Shown one piece after another: positions 1 through 12,733 of a stretch of 64,000 nt of DNA. Source of the DNA: Chrysemys picta bellii (lineage: Eukaryota). Under the pieces are notes generated by a model. That model was not told where the DNA came from and ran no database searches. It saw only the letters and a list, made by a program, of their open reading frames with translations. Where the stretch lies: NCBI RefSeq assembly GCF_011386835.1, contig NC_088797.1:13702001-13766000 (forward strand). Reading direction: 5' to 3'. The number at the start of each line of letters is the position of its first letter. Position 1 is the stretch's first letter. The translations under genes and the position numbers were made by a program.

Positions 1-1190
1 TAAGAGTTTGAATTTTTACACAAAGCATGTTAAAATGTATGTGCAACTCTTAGGTCTAGAAATTAGTATAGAAATCTCACAAAAATAGGCTGTTTTGAGA
101 TTTCTAATAATTTTAGATTCTGGCCTGTTTGAAAGTACCTTTTTCATTTACAGGTTCTATTTCTGTTTCCAAATGAAACCAGGATATGGACACGTGTGTG
201 AGGAATAAAAGCAAATGTTAAACAATTTAAAATAAATAAAATTTGGTTGGGATTTGTTGGAATATAGAAATTTTCACAGTGGAAAAGTCAGATGATCCTC
301 CTAATTAGCTAACCTCTTGCTAACAGCAGCTAATGCTGAATTTTTAGCCTCATAGAGTGAGTCAAATTATTCACTGTAAGTAATTGATCTGATGAATTTT
401 GGCATTTTTGTTTGAAGAAATTATTTGACACTGATTTTTTTTTCATTATTTTAATCTGCGCTGTAGAGAGTCGACCAGCAAATAATTTATTCAATGAAAA
501 TCCCTGTCAATTTTCAATACATTTTATGAGAATAAATATTTTTAACATTCTTCCAGAGGCCAGCACTCTGCTTTTAAATGGTTCCTAATGACACTGATTT
601 AAAATTTGATAGCCAATATTTTTTTCCAAGTGATTTGTCAGAAGAATTCCTTTTAATTTAAATTGCTTTTCCCTTTAATCCTCATGTATTGTACTTTCTA
701 CTGATAGCTAATATTTATGCTCAGATATACTGTCAGAGCACTGACTTTCTGGCTTGTCATCTCTAATAGGGAAAAAGGAATAACTAGACTGCTTCTCAGA
801 ATAAGGATGCTTAATTGGCCAGCCACATGTTTGTTCATTCCAGGAGTCACTTGAGCATAGCACAAGAAGATTTCAAATGAAATGGAACTCACTGTTTCAC
901 AAAATATTGTGGAAACTCATGTTCCTGCTTTTTGCATAGTAGATAGTGCCTCCATAAAAGCGTTTTTATAATTTGGGAAATCTGTCTATGTACAACTTGT
1001 GAATTCCAGCTTGATTTTATGAACTCTCTGTATCCTTATGTGTTATGATTGTAGTGTGCTGTGCTCTGCCTCATACTGCTTGTGCTTTGGAGACAGGAAA
1101 GTGGTGCCTCCATGTCTGCCTATGAATAGGTCTGTCCTTAAAGACTATCAGCACCTGAGTAGTTCTGGCCAGGAAAATAAAAAATAGCCA

Positions 1191-1486
1191 GGGCTTTGTC
1201 TAGACTATCGCGGTAAATCAACCTACGCTATGCAACTCCAGCTACGTGAATAATGTAGCTGGAGTCGACATACCTTAGGTCAAGTTACCGCGTGGTCTAC
1301 ACCGCAGGGGGGAAACGGGAAAAAAGCTCCCCTCCCGTTGACTTACTTTACTCTTCTCGTCGGGGATAGAGTAGTGGGGTCGACTGGAGAGCAATCTGTA
1401 GTCGATTTGGCGGGTCTTTACTAGACCGATTTACTTTGCTAAATCGATCTCAGAGCATCGATTCCCACTGTAGTGTAGACCTGCCC
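1191..1486. mobile_element. PIF/Harbinger-type non-autonomous DNA transposon (MITE)
   Basis: Termini GGGCTTTGTCTAGACT ... AGTGTAGACCTGCCC followed by TAA; internal sequence resembles 28901-29180 and 39137-39693. Confidence 0.75.
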
Positions 1487-1530
1487 TAAGGGAATAATTG
1501 AATCCTAGATAAAACCAGTTTTCTCCAACT

Positions 1531-1552
1531 TGTGTGTGTGTGTGTGTGTGTG
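1531..1552. repeat. (TG)11 microsatellite
   Basis: Direct reading. Confidence 0.95.
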
Positions 1553-4453
1553 TAAGTGTTAATGCTAGCATTTAAAAACTCAGAGGGACTAAAGCAACCG
1601 GAGCATCTGGAGGAGTCTGCACTACTCACAAGGCATAGCTAGTTGGAGTGCAGGAGTGTGCCTATAGACGGAGCGGTAGTGTCTGGACTCTGCTCTGTCT
1701 CGGGAAGCTTAAAGCACATGGCTCCAGTGTTCCTGGTGAGCATTCTGCGGGGGGAGCTCAGCTGTGGCTGTGACAGAGCCCTGTAAACTAATGTCTCCGT
1801 ACTCATGAAAAAAAATCAGATTTTCAGTTTAATGAAAAAGCCAAAGGATTATTTTTGGCAGTGCGGTTGGTTTGTGTGTGACTCACACATTTTGCTGAAA
1901 CAAAAGGTAATTTCTACAGGCTGAAAATTTGTGCTTTTTTGTTGTTGTTGTTTGTGTGTTTTTGTTTTTTGTTTTGTTAGAGGAACTTTGTCTGAAAAAA
2001 AATTAAAATTGGCAAAATTTACAGTGAGCATGGGATTTCTTTTTCTGGGTGTAAATATCATTAAAATTTCAAGGTTTTATCCTCTTGGCAGAATTTTGGA
2101 ATTTCATCCTGAAAAGATGGATTTGAAATTGCCAACACTTAATCCTGGTTCAATGCATAAATATTTGCAAGAACAGGATTTTGTCAAAATGTCAGGAGGA
2201 TTTTTTTTTTTTTTTTTTACAAGTGAACAACTTTAAAACAAAACTGTAGTTTGGAACAGCTTTAGTCTCCATCCTTGAGTTGAGGCAACTTGCTTAAAGT
2301 AAGCCAACATTTCATGCACTGCTCCTAAAACAGTGTATGTTGGCTATCACTCAGATAGTGGTTGTTAGTAGCATGGCATGTTCCTGTGGCTGCCATTATT
2401 TTAGTATATAATATGGGAATATTTTAGTATGTAATACAGGGATCTTGTCAGTTGATGGACTCTTCTAATGTCATGGACACGTGGATAACCTTCAGATCTT
2501 ATCAACATTGAACATAGCAATGTATCTTCCTTTCTTTCTTTGTGTAGTTGGTGCCATTAATCTCTACAAGGTATTCTGACCTACTCAATACATCAGGAAA
2601 AATGCATTTCTAGTGCTGACTTCTGTAGTAGGTTGAAATGCTAAATGAAGGAAAACACTTCAAAATAACTGTGCTGTATCCTGTGTCTATAAAGGAGGCC
2701 CAACCAACAGAGATGGGGTCACTCAGAGAATTTATAGCTGCCTCAGTGTCATTCTCCTGATGGTGATATTTTACTTTAACATGTTCTCTCTTCCAAACAC
2801 TTCAGTCTTGTTTTAATAACTTAATATATTCCCCTTCCCATTGAAATAAGTGCAGTATATGGCCTCTGGTAGAACTTTATGCACAACTTCTACGAATTGC
2901 TTCCAAGAGCACTTTATTCCTTTGCAAACAATGACAAGTCTAAACTCCTTTCATGCCCATTTTTCTCTTTTCTATTGTAGTTCTTCCAAATTAAGAGCTG
3001 GTCTTTTCAGAAATTTTATTTAACAGGGGGTATGAAAGCCATTATTTATAGTGACATCATACCAACAGGAGAGGCAGTAGAAGATGGATGCTCTTTGTAT
3101 TCAGTACTAATGGAACTGATTAGCGTTTTTTGTCATAGTGGAAGACCCCCTAGGGCTTGGAATGACTGTAGCTATGTTGTTTTGTATTCTGTGTCTCTGC
3201 GGTTTCAAATTTTTCCAATTGTTATAGTGGGAGACAGAAGGGAATATTAAACATAGATAAATGGAAGTCAAGTCACAGAGCGTTCAACACTGGCAGTCCC
3301 TTTTACAGTCAGGTTGTTATTATATGAAAGAAAGGTATATAGTCTATCCTGCTTCTCAAATTTCCCTATGTAGTTGGAGGAGAGGGCGATCAGTTAGTGA
3401 TAAAGATAGCCTGTGGCAGTAGGTTGATGAGACTGTCAAGTCAAGTAAGAAAGCAATTAAGCACACAAAAATATTAAAATATTTTGATTCTTAGTGGGTT
3501 CTACTTCTAATCTTTAGTTTCTGCTGCCTGAGGCTCTCACCTCATCTACAGGCTAGAGAGAAGACTCTGGGACCCCGCCGATACTCACTCTTTAACACAA
3601 TATACCCTTTCTCAGGAACTTACATAGTGTTTATGTTAAACCTTTCAAATCTTTTGTGACTACAGAGGGGAAGGGGGAAGAATGACAAGAAGAGCCTCAA
3701 ATGAAGTAACTTCTCAAATCAAGTAAAACTATATTGAAAATTAAAATAATATATACTAATAATGAAAGTGCTATTGGTATCCAGCTGATAAGCTTCTGGT
3801 CAGCCAGTTAAGATGGAAATGTTTCAAGACACACAAAACTGCTCATCCAACATTCATTAGCATTTACAGCCAGTGTGGGGATCCTCTGTGTGGCTTTGAA
3901 AGAGTCACATGGAGATACTGAAAAGCAAACTGAGGAGAAATGTATAACGTTTTAAAATTCTGTCTGTGACTAATAAGCTATGAAGAGATCCTCAAAACCA
4001 AGTAACGCTCTGAGTGTGTGAAAAATAAATCATAACATGTGTCCTATTTTTAATATCCGATCACATGCCCCTTAGTGACACACTGTTGCTTGTAGGAAGA
4101 GGTCAAGAAAAATGGAAAGATTTACCTTCTCTGAAATTATCTTGCAGGATTCAAACTCCTGGAATTTAGCTCCTTAGTGTGAGGCAACCAGAACTTCCCT
4201 AGCTCTGAAGGTTTGTGAACTATGAGGCGTAAGATGGAGCTCAAGCTAGTCACATGCCAGCCCATCCCTTGCCAAATGTAAATGCTGCCCTCTGAATGTT
4301 TTACTCCGTTCCTTTCCTTGCTCAGGAAGTGAAGCTCCCAGAAACAAAATACAGTTCAAGATGATTAACATAAAACCAAAAATATGACTTCGAAGGGTAA
4401 AAAAAAAAAGTGCTGGAGAAAAACACCCCCAAGAGAGAGGAGATGGGTGAATG

Positions 4454-4799
4454 CAGGGCCGGCTCTACTGTTTTTGCCACCCCAAGCAGCATGCCGAATT
4501 GCTGCTGCGAATGGTGGAGGCAGTCCCTGTGCCATTAGGGCGGCACGCGCGTTTCTTCAGCCTCTGTCTTCAGCAGGAAGACAGAAGCCGCTGAATTGCC
4601 GCCGCGGGCAGCTGAACATAGAAGCTGCCGCCGCGGAAAAGCGCGTGCCACCCTAATGCCACCCTAATGGACTGTCCCCGCCGTCCGCAGCGGCAATTCG
4701 GCGTGCTGCTTGGAGTGGCCAAAACACACGGACTGGTGCCCCCTGAAGATTGCTGCCCCAAGCACCTGCTTGGAATGCCGGTGCCTGGAGCTGGCCCTG
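4454..4799. mobile_element. hAT-type MITE, CAGGGCCGGCTC-TIR family
   Basis: TIRs CAGGGCCGGCTC / GAGCTGGCCCTG; perfect 8-bp TSD GGTGAATG at 4446-4453 and 4800-4807. Confidence 0.93.
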
Positions 4800-4807
4800 G
4801 GTGAATG

Positions 4808-5368
4808 GATGAGAATTCTGCGCAGTGAGATGGTTGAAAGACTGTACTCAGCGTAGTTATTAATGGTTCACTGTCTAACTGGGAGGACATATCAAATGGG
4901 CTTCCGCAGGGGTCTTTCCTTGGTCCAGTACTATTCAATAATATGCTTGCAAAATTTGCAGATGACAACACACTGGAAGGGCTTGCAAGCATTATGGAGG
5001 ACTGTATAAGAATTCAAATGATTTTGATAAATCATAGAATTGGTTTGAAATCAGTAAGATGAAATTCAATAAAGACAAATGCAAAGTGCAAAGAAGGAAA
5101 GAATCAAATACACAACTACAAAATAGGGAATAACTGGGGTTATAGTGGATTACAAAATGAAAGAGTCAAGGGTGTGGTGCAGTTGCAAAAAAGGCATATG
5201 TCATCCTGGTGTATATTAACAGGAATGTCGTATGTCAGACATGGAAGGTAATTGTTCTGCTTTATTAGTCACTGGCGGGTCCTCAGCTGGAGTACAGTCT
5301 CCAATTCTGGACACCATGCTTTAAGAAGAATGTGAACAAATTGGACAGAATCCAGAGGGGACTAACAA
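4808..5368 (+). mobile_element. CR1 LINE RT fragment (degenerate), interrupted by L1
   Basis: Similar by eye to the CR1 at 28600-29500; KFADD motif near 4953; resumes at about 6871. Confidence 0.85.
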
Positions 5369-6860
5369 CCAAATATGAAATTTCTTGGCTAGGTTGGGTA
5401 GCCTTGGGAAAGATGAACGTCCTCCCAAAGTTGTTGTTTTTGTTTCAGTGCATCCCTATTGGTATCCCTGACATGACATTAAAATTCATTTGGAAACAGA
5501 AAAGACAAAGGGTGAGTTCTAAAGGTTCTTTATAAACCTATAAAGTGGCAGTGGGCTAGCTTTACCTCATAAGACGTCTTATTATGTATCACAATTAAAA
5601 GATGTGGTCAATTGGGTTAACAATAAACCATCCAAACACTGGATAAAACTCAAAGAAGACTGGAGCCCAAATATAGCTATTTATAACAATTGTTAGGTTA
5701 AAAAGAAATTTAGGTCGCCGAAAATAAAATAAAAAAAAATCACCTGTTCATCCAAACCACGTTAGCAGCTTTGGGGACATTTTTAAAATTCCTGTCACTG
5801 AGGCCTTCTCCCTTAGCTACTTTCATTCATAATCAGGAATTTAGCTCTAGAAAATAGCCAAGTGACTATTAGCTTTTGATAAGAGCTGAGATCATTCAAT
5901 TTGGATAGCTGTTCCTGGGTCCTGATTTGAAATCAGATCAAGATATCTATAATAAAGTACATAATATAAAGATCCCATATTTTCAATATTTATAAGTCAA
6001 ACATTTGATTGTGAAATCTGGATACAAGACGGCTCTGCTGACACCTTTAATGACATCTGAGGAGTTCACCTTGGGCAAGCTGGAACAAAAGGTTTAATTT
6101 GTAAGATAATATACCATTTTGACTGAAAAAAGATATTGACAGGAAAGCAACCCAGATTAAAAGATGGGAGAGGGACTTGGACAAAGAAATTGATCCAGGT
6201 GAGTGGATCTCAAAATGGGAAAGAAGAGATACATCTTCAAATTGTGTAGCTCACAAAGAAAATGTTTATAAATTACTGTGTAGATGGCATTTGACTCCAG
6301 TTAATAGCCATCATATTTTTGCTACTAGGGATGCACTCTGCTGGAGCGATTGCAGGGAAAGCCACTTGCACATGTAGTGGCTATGTCCAGGAATTAGACT
6401 GTTTTGGACAGACGTTATTAAAGAGACCATTTTATAACAAAATGCCAGCTTCAAAGAAAGTCCCCAAACTACTTACTTATTGCTCCAGAAAAGGATCAAC
6501 ATTTTAATAGGACAAATTAATTCCTTTTTTTATTGTTAGCAGCAAGATTTTGTATGTCATATGATTGGAAAAATGTGACTTCTCCTCCGATGGAATTCTG
6601 GCATAATAAAATAGGGACTGTCCTTGTAATGGAAAAGCTTTCATATGAAGTATGTGTACACACGCAGACACGCGTGCACCAAAAAGAGGTTAGGTGTTTA
6701 AAAACTTGATCACACTCTTTAGCATATTCAGAGGAACAGGATGCTCCAGCCAATAAGCCAGAATCTTTAGAAAGGTTTTTTGAATATTAACCTGATCCTG
6801 AATAAGTGAGGTATAATGTAGTTAAGGTTTTGTTGTAACTATGTTTTAATAAAAGGGGAA
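5369..6860 (+). mobile_element. L1-clade LINE, 3' part of ORF2 (degenerate), nested in CR1
   Basis: KYEISWLGWVALGKMNVLPKLLFLFQCIPI (post-RT L1 motif) and the C-terminal Cys-rich segment CWSDCRESHLHM*WLCPGIRLFW; AATAAAA near 6850. Confidence 0.8.
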
Positions 6861-6870
6861 GGAGGGTTGT

Positions 6871-6946
6871 TGTTTTAAAGAGGTTCAGAAAAAATGACCT
6901 ATGAGGAAAGGTTTGAAAGAACTGGGCATGTTTAGTCCAGAGAGAA
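6871..6946 (+). mobile_element. CR1 continuation after the L1 insert
   Basis: ATGACCTATGAGGAAAGGTTTGAAAGAACTGGGCATGTTTAGT matches the CR1 at 29519-29560. Confidence 0.8.
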
Positions 6947-7508
6947 GAAAGAGAATCCCATTTGTACTGTATTGTTCTCTCGCTCTCGCTCTTTTTTAAC
7001 TAGAAAATATTACAGCCATTTCACCAAAGGTAAAGTTGGAAATTATTTTTTTAAAAGTAAATAAAATAAGTAGGTGATAGTTCTGATCAGAGAATTAGCT
7101 TTAGTGTCCACAAGGCATGATTGAAGTCAGTGGGTTTCAAAATATATTTTCATTTAGAAGCTATATTGCTTTTCTTATAAAGTACTGCTTTAACCTTTCA
7201 ATCAATTTATCTTTAACATTTCATCTAGAGGTAATTCTGAATTTGTTTTGCAGGTCAGACTGTAGCAATAGCTTTCTTTTTGCACTCGAAAGAATACCAG
7301 AGAGACCAACTTTGTGTTATCTTATGCAGTTTCATATTATGGTTCTGACAATGTATTAGAGCCAAGAAGGGAAGCTCCTGACAACTTTTCACTAGGGACT
7401 TTCCAAGAGGCTGCTTTTGTGTTGATCCATGTCCCCATATGTATCTACAAAATAATCTTGTTCCACACATGAAAGGAATTATCAGTAATAATATGTTTTA
7501 AACTTAGC

Positions 7509-8064
7509 AGTGACTCAGTAGGTGGCACTCTTCCCTTTGAGTCAGTAATGTACCATTGATGCGGAAAGGTGTTAGTTGGCACAATGTTGCTTGAGGTGCC
7601 AGCTTCTGGATCAGATAAGGTGTCAAACTGGGGAAAGGTTGAGGATCCTTCCCTCCCCCAAGCAAAACATCGGTCCAGCTTTTTTCAAAACTTTTTTTTC
7701 TTTAAATAGAAGCAGTCAGATATGCGTGTATATGCTGCAACTATCTATTTCCCTTATGCCCTGACACCAACTCATCCAAGAGCCTACCCATGAGTCAGAC
7801 ACAAAGTCCTCAATCTGTGTCTGCACCCACATATCAGCCTGAATGGGTCCAATTGCAGGTCTGGGGCCTTATTTTATATGGGTTCATCCCAGGATCCTGG
7901 TCTGGACAAATTTCAGTTTTTGTTAACTGCATAGAATCTCCCTCCTTCCTTCCCCATTAATTTCACGTAAGTAAAATACTATTCATCTACTGCCTTGCAC
8001 TTGCATAATGTTGCTCTGTGCTGTTAATCAGTTGCTGCCTTCCATCTGAGAGATGGCTACATTT
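7509..8064 (+). mobile_element. AmnSINE/DeuSINE-like ancient SINE, headless, interrupted at about 7650-7890
   Basis: GTGACTCAGTAGGTGGCACTCTTCCCTTTGAGTCAG, a GGTGCC..GGATCAGAT core and a 3' region similar to the 35110-35630 copy. Confidence 0.55.
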
Positions 8065-10949
8065 GGGTGTCCCCTCAAAGGAGTGATACAAGGAGAGTTC
8101 CCTCCCACACAATGTCCAGTATGGAAGAAGGGGAATCAACACTTTCTCCTTCCCAACTTTCAGCCTCTTTTCTCCAACCTTGGAGCGGGAGGAAGGAAGG
8201 TTGCAAGGGTGCTGGGGGAGAAAGGTTTCAAGCTGTTAAGTGCAGCTCAACATTCTCCTGTCTTCCCCATTGATTTACTGCCCAGCTGATGGACTGAGCC
8301 AGGAGGGGGTAGCTGATATTGCAGTGATGTCCTTGTGCTAGATAGGCAGGTGGCTGCCCTCTGGAGCCACAGCTCCCTTCCTTCATTCTTCCTTCTGCCG
8401 GTTGTGAATACAGCAGGGGCAGGTAGAAGGCTGAGTTGTCCTTGGAGGAGAGACCAACCCTTCCCAGCAGCTCCAGCTTCTCCTCCTCCTTTCCACCTTC
8501 TGAAGGAGGTTCGGGATTCAGGATTGGAGCTGAAGGATGTGCACAGGTTCTGGGGTTGGGGGGGGGCAATGAGGGTTCAGGCACAGGCTGAAGGGAGGCA
8601 CAGATAGCCACAGACTGAAGGATGTAGGCAAGGGGGAAGGATTGAGGGAGAAACCCTGGGGAGGAAGGATGTTGCAGGGAGCACAGGCTACAGAGGGAGA
8701 TCCGGGGAAATGAGGATGTTTGGAGAAAAGGGAGGAGAAAGTTGGACTTTGGAAGGAGGAGCGAGGTGAGCAATGTTTGGTTAGCAAGACAGGTTTAATG
8801 GTGGGGATGGAACATGTTCTGCTGCGACCGCCTGTGATGGGCTTGAATTAGTGAGAGTCTGTATCCCTTCCCTTTTCTCCCTCCCACCCCCCACAATGAA
8901 CTTTGCTGGTAAGATTTGGTCACTGGTGATTCCTGTAAACATAGAATCAGATTATGCCCTCAGATAAACCTGTACAGCCTTGATCACTTCAATAGGGTTG
9001 AGACCATTTAAGTGAGAGCAGAACTTGGTCCACCATAAGTAAATCAGTTTGAAAGTTTTGCAACACCCTGGGGTACTCTGGATCAAAGGCATTACATACA
9101 GTAAATGTGCGGTATTAGTCCCATAATTAATTTGAAATGTGCCAATTTGCTAGAGGCCAGCGAGAAGGCGACTTTCTTAGAATACTTGCTGTTTTCAGCC
9201 AGACTGTGTTATCTATGTTTAGTGAGTCACAGTGGTCCAGAATAGCACAATATATTACATGCACATTCCCTCTGCTTCCCCTCAGATACCCACATTTAGA
9301 AGTAAATTTCTGAATCTCATAAGACAGCTCATATTTTTTTTACCCCAAAACAGGCTTCAAAAGCTAAATCTCAGCAAAAGTTGAAACAGGCATCTAAAGT
9401 GCATGCCTTCAGTAATGTTTCTGTTTTAACATTTTCTGCCACTCAGTTATTGAAGCAATTTATTTAACAAATGTATAAAATACAGCTGGGAAGACTAACT
9501 GTAAAAACAAACAGCCAGTCCCTGCCGCTGCAGAGGAAAGAAAACATTGTTTGGGGGATTTGTCCATTCACTGTAATTGGTGCACTGGCTCCCTCCCAGT
9601 TACCAGTGACCCATCCTGAAGAGAGTAGGAAATGGTGCAAGAAATGGATATTATAGTCTAATTTGTCACCCAAAGTCTACAGTGTCTCTCGGTCTATTCA
9701 GGCTGCTTGTGTTTCTTGCCTCTTCCACCCACTCATGGCCATCCATCCTCATCTCTTTGGTTGTCTTCCCCCCATTAACCACAGTAGTGTAGCTGCCCTC
9801 TCAATAGTGTGGTAACATTAACTTCCTTCAGGGTCATTCAACCTCTCTATAAGTCTCAACCAAAGCTCTTGAAGCAGAGAATGCAATAACCAGGCAAGCT
9901 CAGCAATAGAATTAGAGAGGGCAAGAATCCGCACTGAGCTCTTTGGAAAGTTCTAGATGTAGCACAAAATATTTTGAATGCTTTCCCTTTAAATACCAAG
10001 ATAGACTTTTTTATTATTATTATTTTAAATAAAGTTTTGTTTAGCAGAGGAATGTATAGAGGATCCCAGATGCTGATCTCAGTTACATGTGTAAATCTGG
10101 AATAACTGCCTTGAAATCTCTGGTGTAAATCCCAAGCAGTTGAGACTAGAATCTGGCCCCGAAAGGTTTTTCTCACTAAACTGAGAAGTTTAGATCTTAA
10201 AATATAAATGCAAACAATCAGGCTGAAGTCTCCTTTTTGGTCATTATATTCTAGCCTTGTGGGGTCCGTTAGTCTCGGCTTTCTCTCTTTGGAGTCTCCT
10301 CTTTCTGCTTCCACGGACTCCCTAAACCTCACCCTCTTTTCTTTCTTCTCCCCACAGTGTTTCATCTGACAGGTCTTTTCCTGACACCCTCTTATGCACT
10401 CTACCCTAAGATGCCTCTGCTATTTCAGTGTTTCTGTTCCCACCACTTCTGGAACTGGCTACTAGAAACACTTCTCATGCTCCTTTCACTGTTTCCTCCC
10501 CTTCTTTTTCCTGTGACACCACTTAACCAGCCTACAACAATTTGGCTGGCTGAGTAGGTACAGGGAGCTAAGGGAACTATCACTCAAATTCTCACTTTCC
10601 CTTGCCAGCCAGCCTTAAAAGGAAAACATTATAAATAGAAACTGAACTTCATAATATTCAGTTCTGTTGAGAAATTTTGAACCAACAATATTGAAGTGGT
10701 TTTTAAATTCCCCAAAGCAAGTTCTTACCATCCTTTGTAAGAATCAGTGTTGAAAAACAAACAAAAAATCCATTTGCAAATGGAGATTTTCCTTTGTAGT
10801 ATGCCTGTCAGCAAAATGGATTGCTTGGAGAAAATAACACTGCCTGAATATTTCTCTTTAGCTGGAAAAAACAGTCTTTAGGGTTTGTTGCTTAAAAATG
10901 AAAAGCTGCCATGCAGCTATCTACTGACACCAGCCACTGTACAAAGAGA

Positions 10950-11007
10950 GGATACTGAACTATATGGACCATTGGTCTGACCCACTCTGGCCACTGTTAT
11001 GTTCTTA
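10950..11007 (+). mobile_element. CR1-type 3' tail fragment
   Basis: GGATACTGAACTATATGGACCATTGGTCTGACCCA...TTATGTTCTTA resembles a CR1 3' terminus. Confidence 0.6.
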
Positions 11008-11095
11008 GGTACTTTCCCTAAAACGATGTAGAAAAACAGAGTACAGAATGAACAGGAGTACTTGTGGCACCTTAGAGACTAACAAATTTATTTGA

Positions 11096-11135
11096 GCATA
11101 AGCTTTCGTGGGCTACAGCCCACTTCATCGGATGC
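11096..11135 (-). ncRNA. Minimal type I hammerhead ribozyme motif (Penelope-associated)
   Basis: Exact reverse complement of the 11193-11232 motif. Confidence 0.8.
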
Positions 11136-11192
11136 ATAGAATGGAACATATAGTGAAACATATGTATCTTCTCACTATATGTTCCATTCTAT

Positions 11193-11232
11193 GCATCCGA
11201 TGAAGTGGGCTGTAGCCCACGAAAGCTTATGC
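11193..11232 (+). ncRNA. Minimal type I hammerhead ribozyme motif (Penelope-associated)
   Basis: GCAT-CCGATGA-A-GTGGGC tgta GCCCAC-GAAA-GCT-T-ATGC: helix I GCAU/AUGC, perfect 6-bp helix II, palindromic AGCU helix III; U4 is C. Confidence 0.82.
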
Positions 11233-12606
11233 TCAAATAAATTTGTTAGTCTCTAAGGTGCCACAAGTACTCCTCTTCTTTTTGCAGATACAGACTAACA
11301 CGGGTGCTACTCTGAAAAGAGTACAGAATGTTTCCCTTTGTGAATTGATATTTCCCGTTGTGCGTTGTCTTTTGCTTGGTCACCTTTTGAAAAGGAAGTC
11401 AGGGGAAAATACATAAATTAAGAATTAGTACATATTCTTGAACATACAAACTGAATGCTTAAAACTGTTGTTGTTTTTTTTAAACCCAAGCAACCAAAAC
11501 TCTGCATATTCACTAGAGATGACTGAACCAATCCTGAAAAATGTAGCTGTCCCCAACCTCTTCTCCCTCGACCCTATAAATTCCTGGGATTTTTTTCCCC
11601 AATTCTGGAACCAAAATTGAACCAAAGTTCTCAAATGTTTGGCTTTTTCTTTTCTCCCCACTTCAGGGTTCCAGCCTGAATTAAAACTGGAAGTGATAAA
11701 ATAACATGGGAAGCTTTTTCACAATATTTTATCCAAGACTGTGGTGTGTATTTGATAACACTTTCAAGAAAAGGACTTGTGGTGCAGGTGACAGTTTTAT
11801 CTTCAGTTGTGCCAAATTTTGCCCACTTAAATCAAAGGAAGAACGTTATATAGATTTATGGGCAGAATGTGGCCCTATGTTGCTATTCTGAGATGCTTCT
11901 GGTATGTGGACAGTACCAATTATGTATGTTGGGCCAACTGCGCTGCTGATGTCAGTAAGGGCAATCCACTGAAGTTGGAGCTACGGCTGCTTGTATTGTA
12001 GACATGCTCCACGTAATTTGTATCTGATGCACACAGTTAAATAAACATACTTTACCCAGTCACACATAATATCTGCATAAAAATTCACTCACTCACAAGC
12101 TGTAACAGGTAATAATTAGAGCTGCGCAACTTGGCTCTTTTGCTTTACAAGGATCTGTGCAAACATTCATTTAAGTCTCAATCCACATAGCCTCCCACAC
12201 CTCTAGTCATCCTGTTAGGTGTAGTTCGACACACTCAGGCCAATACTCACATTTATTAATTCAAAATTTTATTTGAACCAAAAGCGTTTTTGCAATTAAC
12301 TGCTATTAAAGCAGTAACAGATACACAGAACAAAAGAGAATGATCAAGTAACTTCTCCTGGGGCTTTGGAGGTTCATGATAGATTTCTCCTACAATATTC
12401 CACCTACCCACGTGCATTTTAGTATATATGTGTATATCCAAATTACGTATTCATTAGCTCTCTTCCAATTGGCAGTAAGCATTATATATCTTCCAATTAA
12501 TATCAGGAATGTGCACAAACTTAGACATGAACTGTTTCATTGGTTAATTAGCATTGGTCATACATAAGCCATCTATTAAAGAGAAAAGTAGATGAAGTCA
12601 TATTTT

Positions 12607-12733
12607 GATTGGATTAAGTTCTGTTGGTGAAAGAGACAAGCTTTAGAGGGCTTTTCTCAGGTCTGGGAAATGTTCTCAGAGTGTCACAGCTAAATAAAGG
12701 CAGAACTGAAGGTTTAACGTAAGTAGCCGACAC
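12607..12733 (-). mobile_element. Degenerate terminus of a second Penelope-type family
   Basis: TTCTGTTGGTGAAAGAGACAAGCTTT...CTCAGGTCTGGG is the reverse complement of the motif order at 17921-18000, with a decayed hammerhead-like layout. Confidence 0.55.

Larger units (their letters stand above)
11051..11317. mobile_element. Short Penelope-derived fold-back element with two hammerhead motifs
   Basis: Perfect 103-bp inverted repeat (11054-11156 / 11172-11274, 15-nt loop); ends in the Penelope terminus CTACTCTGAAA; 13-bp TSD AGAGTACAGAATG at 11038-11050 and 11318-11330; homologous to 36480-36605. Confidence 0.92.

Noticed and set aside
4326-4400. Strong acceptor followed by exon-like sequence
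   Set aside because: All three frames hit stops before the weak donor.
8228-8787. Purine-rich block with 89-181-aa ORFs
   Set aside because: Low-complexity GA-rich sequence; the translations are compositionally biased and have no motifs.
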